This document shows positions 55,191-56,442 of a DNA stretch of 56,442 bases, in pieces. The DNA is taken from positions 1-56,442 of the forward strand of contig CAYFNZ010000003.1 of assembly GCA_964344625.1 (NCBI GenBank), read 5' to 3'. This DNA comes from an uncultured Peptoniphilaceae bacterium (lineage in GTDB: Bacteria; Bacillota; Clostridia; Tissierellales; Peptoniphilaceae). The notes beneath the pieces were generated by a model. The model did not search any database, was not told the origin of the DNA, and saw only the letters and a program-made list of their open reading frames with translations. Within the stretch, counting starts at the first letter, position 1, and each line of letters begins with the position of its first letter. The translations under genes and the position numbers were made by a program.

Positions 55191-55903
55191 TGGTATCTCT
55201 TCAGTACGCAATCATTTAAAGAATACCAGTATTGTTGGCAATAGGCTTCTTTTAAGCTTCTATTTATATAGAATTTAGACTTTTCATATATATGCTTTAA
55301 TTCTTTAATTGATAGACTTTTTCCTTCTAACTTAAATATTCCTGTATTGTTATAGTCAACTACCATTTGCTTATCCATGTAGTAGTTAACCCTGAAAATC
55401 TTTTTCTTTATAAACTTATCTAAAAAGTCATTTGCATATTTTTCTGCCATGAATATATCCTTGTTATCATACAGCTCTTTAATCATCTGGTCTTTAAATG
55501 CTTGTACTTTTTCTGACTTATGATTATGAAAGAGTAGCTGTGTATTTGCAAGTTGGCTTGGTGTAAATTCTGAAAGGGCAAGTTCTTCCAATTTGTCAAT
55601 TAGCCTATAATTATAAAAGGCATTTCGATATGCCTTGATAACAAATGCCAACTCCAACCTATTTAAGTCATCGCTTACCAGCCTATTGATGCCATCGACT
55701 ATGGACTTTTTATCATCCCGATTCCTGATACTTCGTCTAAGTCCAGTTAAAAGTGCCTTAGTAACTGAGTACTTAGGAACCAAGTTGTCACAAAGGTTTT
55801 TATTATCTAACCAAGACAATAATAAAAATATTGAATTTGGATCATCATTATATAAAAATTGATATTCAAGACTTTGTTCAAAATTTTTATTTGTCCTAAT
55901 CAT
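55187..55903 (-). CDS. Hypothetical protein, 238 aa, no family recognised; first gene of the ruvCAB-queA-tgt-yajC unit
   Basis: Long ORF with SD GGAGG 5 nt before the ATG, and codon usage like its neighbours. No TM and no recognisable catalytic motif. Confidence 0.6.
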   Translation of the reverse strand: MIRTNKNFEQSLEYQFLYNDDPNSIFLLLSWLDNKNLCDNLVPKYSVTKALLTGLRRSIRNRDDKKSIVDGINRLVSDDLNRLELAFVIKAYRNAFYNYRLIDKLEELALSEFTPSQLANTQLLFHNHKSEKVQAFKDQMIKELYDNKDIFMAEKYANDFLDKFIKKKIFRVNYYMDKQMVVDYNNTGIFKLEGKSLSIKELKHIYEKSKFYINRSLKEAYCQQYWYSLNDCVLKRYQ

Positions 55904-56182
55904 ATCTTCCTCCGCTTAATTCGTTCTTTAATTATACTATAAATGCCCCTTGATATCTATTAAAATTACAGATTTATTACAAGGAAATATTTTCATTTTA
56001 TGCTTAATTTATATGAATGCATATTTTTGTATTTTAAAAAAGCAAAAATCCCTATAATCGAAATGAAATACTAATAAGGAAAAAATCATTAATATTCCTC
56101 TTATATTTATCCATAAGTTTTATTAACTTTTTTTTATATAAGTTTATATAATATAGATACCTATATATAGGCTATGATGCTA

Positions 56183-56232
56183 GAAAAAAAATAAGCACCA
56201 ACCAAAGTCCTCGATAGATCTTTAGGTGGTGC
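56183..56232 (-). terminator. Terminator after tRNA-Arg: long imperfect stem gcaccacctaaag / ctttggttggtgc then T-run (minus strand)
   Basis: Inverted repeat 56195-56207 / 56220-56232 and an A8 run at 56184-56191 on the plus strand. Confidence 0.6.
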
Positions 56233-56241
56233 ATTTACTTT

Positions 56242-56318
56242 TGGCGTACCATAAAGGATTCGAACCCTCGACCTTCTGGTCCGTAGCCAGACGCTCTATC
56301 CAGCTGAGCTAATGGTAC
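56242..56318 (-). tRNA. tRNA-Arg (anticodon ACG), 77 nt, CCA encoded
   Basis: Manual cloverleaf: acceptor GTACCAT/ATGGTAC, D arm GCTC-AGCTGGATA-GAGC, anticodon arm TCTGG-CTACGGA-CCAGA, T arm GAGGG-TTCGAAT-CCTTT, discriminator G, then CCA. Confidence 0.9.
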
Positions 56319-56329
56319 CTGTTTATTTT

Positions 56330-56358
56330 ATTATAATAAAACTTTTATAAAATGTAAA
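56330..56358 (-). promoter_or_regulatory. Candidate sigma-A promoter for tRNA-Arg: TTTACA -17- TATAAT (minus strand)
   Basis: -10 at 56330-56335 ends 11 nt before the mature tRNA 5' end; -35 at 56353-56358. Confidence 0.45.
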
Positions 56359-56365
56359 TATAAAC

Positions 56366-56390
56366 AAAAAAACCTCGTTTGAGGTTTTTT
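56366..56390. terminator. Bidirectional hairpin (aaaaaaacctc gttt gaggttttttt) between the two tRNA genes
   Basis: Read directly: 6-bp GC-containing core extended by A/T pairs. Confidence 0.6.
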
Positions 56391-56442
56391 TGGAGCGGAA
56401 GACGAGATTCGAACTCGCGACCCTCGCCTTGGCAAGGCGATG
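56391..56442 (-). tRNA. tRNA-Gly (anticodon GCC), 3' portion only (truncated by the window end), CCA encoded
   Basis: Minus strand reads anticodon arm TCGCC-TTGCCAA-GGCGA, variable GGGTC, T arm GCGAG-TTCGAAT-CTCGT, acceptor CTTCCGC, discriminator T, then CCA. Confidence 0.85.

Noticed and set aside
55915-55926. GAACGAATTAAG (minus strand) upstream of the 238-aa/ruvC unit, considered as a LexA box
   Set aside because: Only the GAAC half matches and the second half is TAAG instead of GTTC. I cannot claim SOS control of the ruv unit.

Overview
Visibly AT-rich, very gene-dense chromosomal segment of a low-GC Firmicute. Gene content and order include miaB-mutS-mutL-miaA, scpAB, efp-nusB-xseAB-ispA-argR-recN, sepF-ylmH-lspA-rluD, recJ-relA-dtd-aspS and ruvCAB-queA-tgt-yajC. 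RuvC is present, and there is no dxs next to ispA. This fits a Clostridia/Tissierellia-type anaerobe such as a Peptoniphilaceae coccus, but the organism guess is low confidence. I call 58 CDS, 1 probable pseudogene, 2 tRNA genes (Arg-ACG complete, Gly-GCC cut by the window end), about a dozen hairpin terminators and a LexA/SOS regulatory module. From 10.3 to 55.9 kb every gene is on the minus strand and is housekeeping (DNA repair and recombination, tRNA/rRNA modification, translation, lipid synthesis, division). Many stop/start overlaps there suggest translational coupling. Only the left ~10 kb looks accessory or mixed in orientation. It holds an orphan PTS EIIB, a MATE pump, treBC, a ~1 kb gene-poor AT-rich spacer, a small export protein, a Xer-like recombinase, the divergent lexA/yneA-like pair, ArsR and a lipid kinase. 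The spacer contains a decayed lipoprotein gene, paired palindromes and short repeats. I did not find a convincing novel multi-gene system: no defence island, CRISPR array, IS/transposon, prophage or obvious toxin-antitoxin pair. The best leads are modest. (1) An unassignable 238-aa protein is translationally coupled to ruvC. (2) The 5.1-6.1 kb non-coding island carries operator-like palindromes and terminators with no gene. (3) A YneA-like SOS division-inhibitor module has three Cheo boxes. (4) An orphan EIIB looks like the 5' part of an EIIBC gene. (5) An intrinsic terminator abuts the ylmH start codon. Functions are inferred by eye from motifs and synteny, with no database search run. Coordinates of non-ORF features may be off by 1-2 nt.
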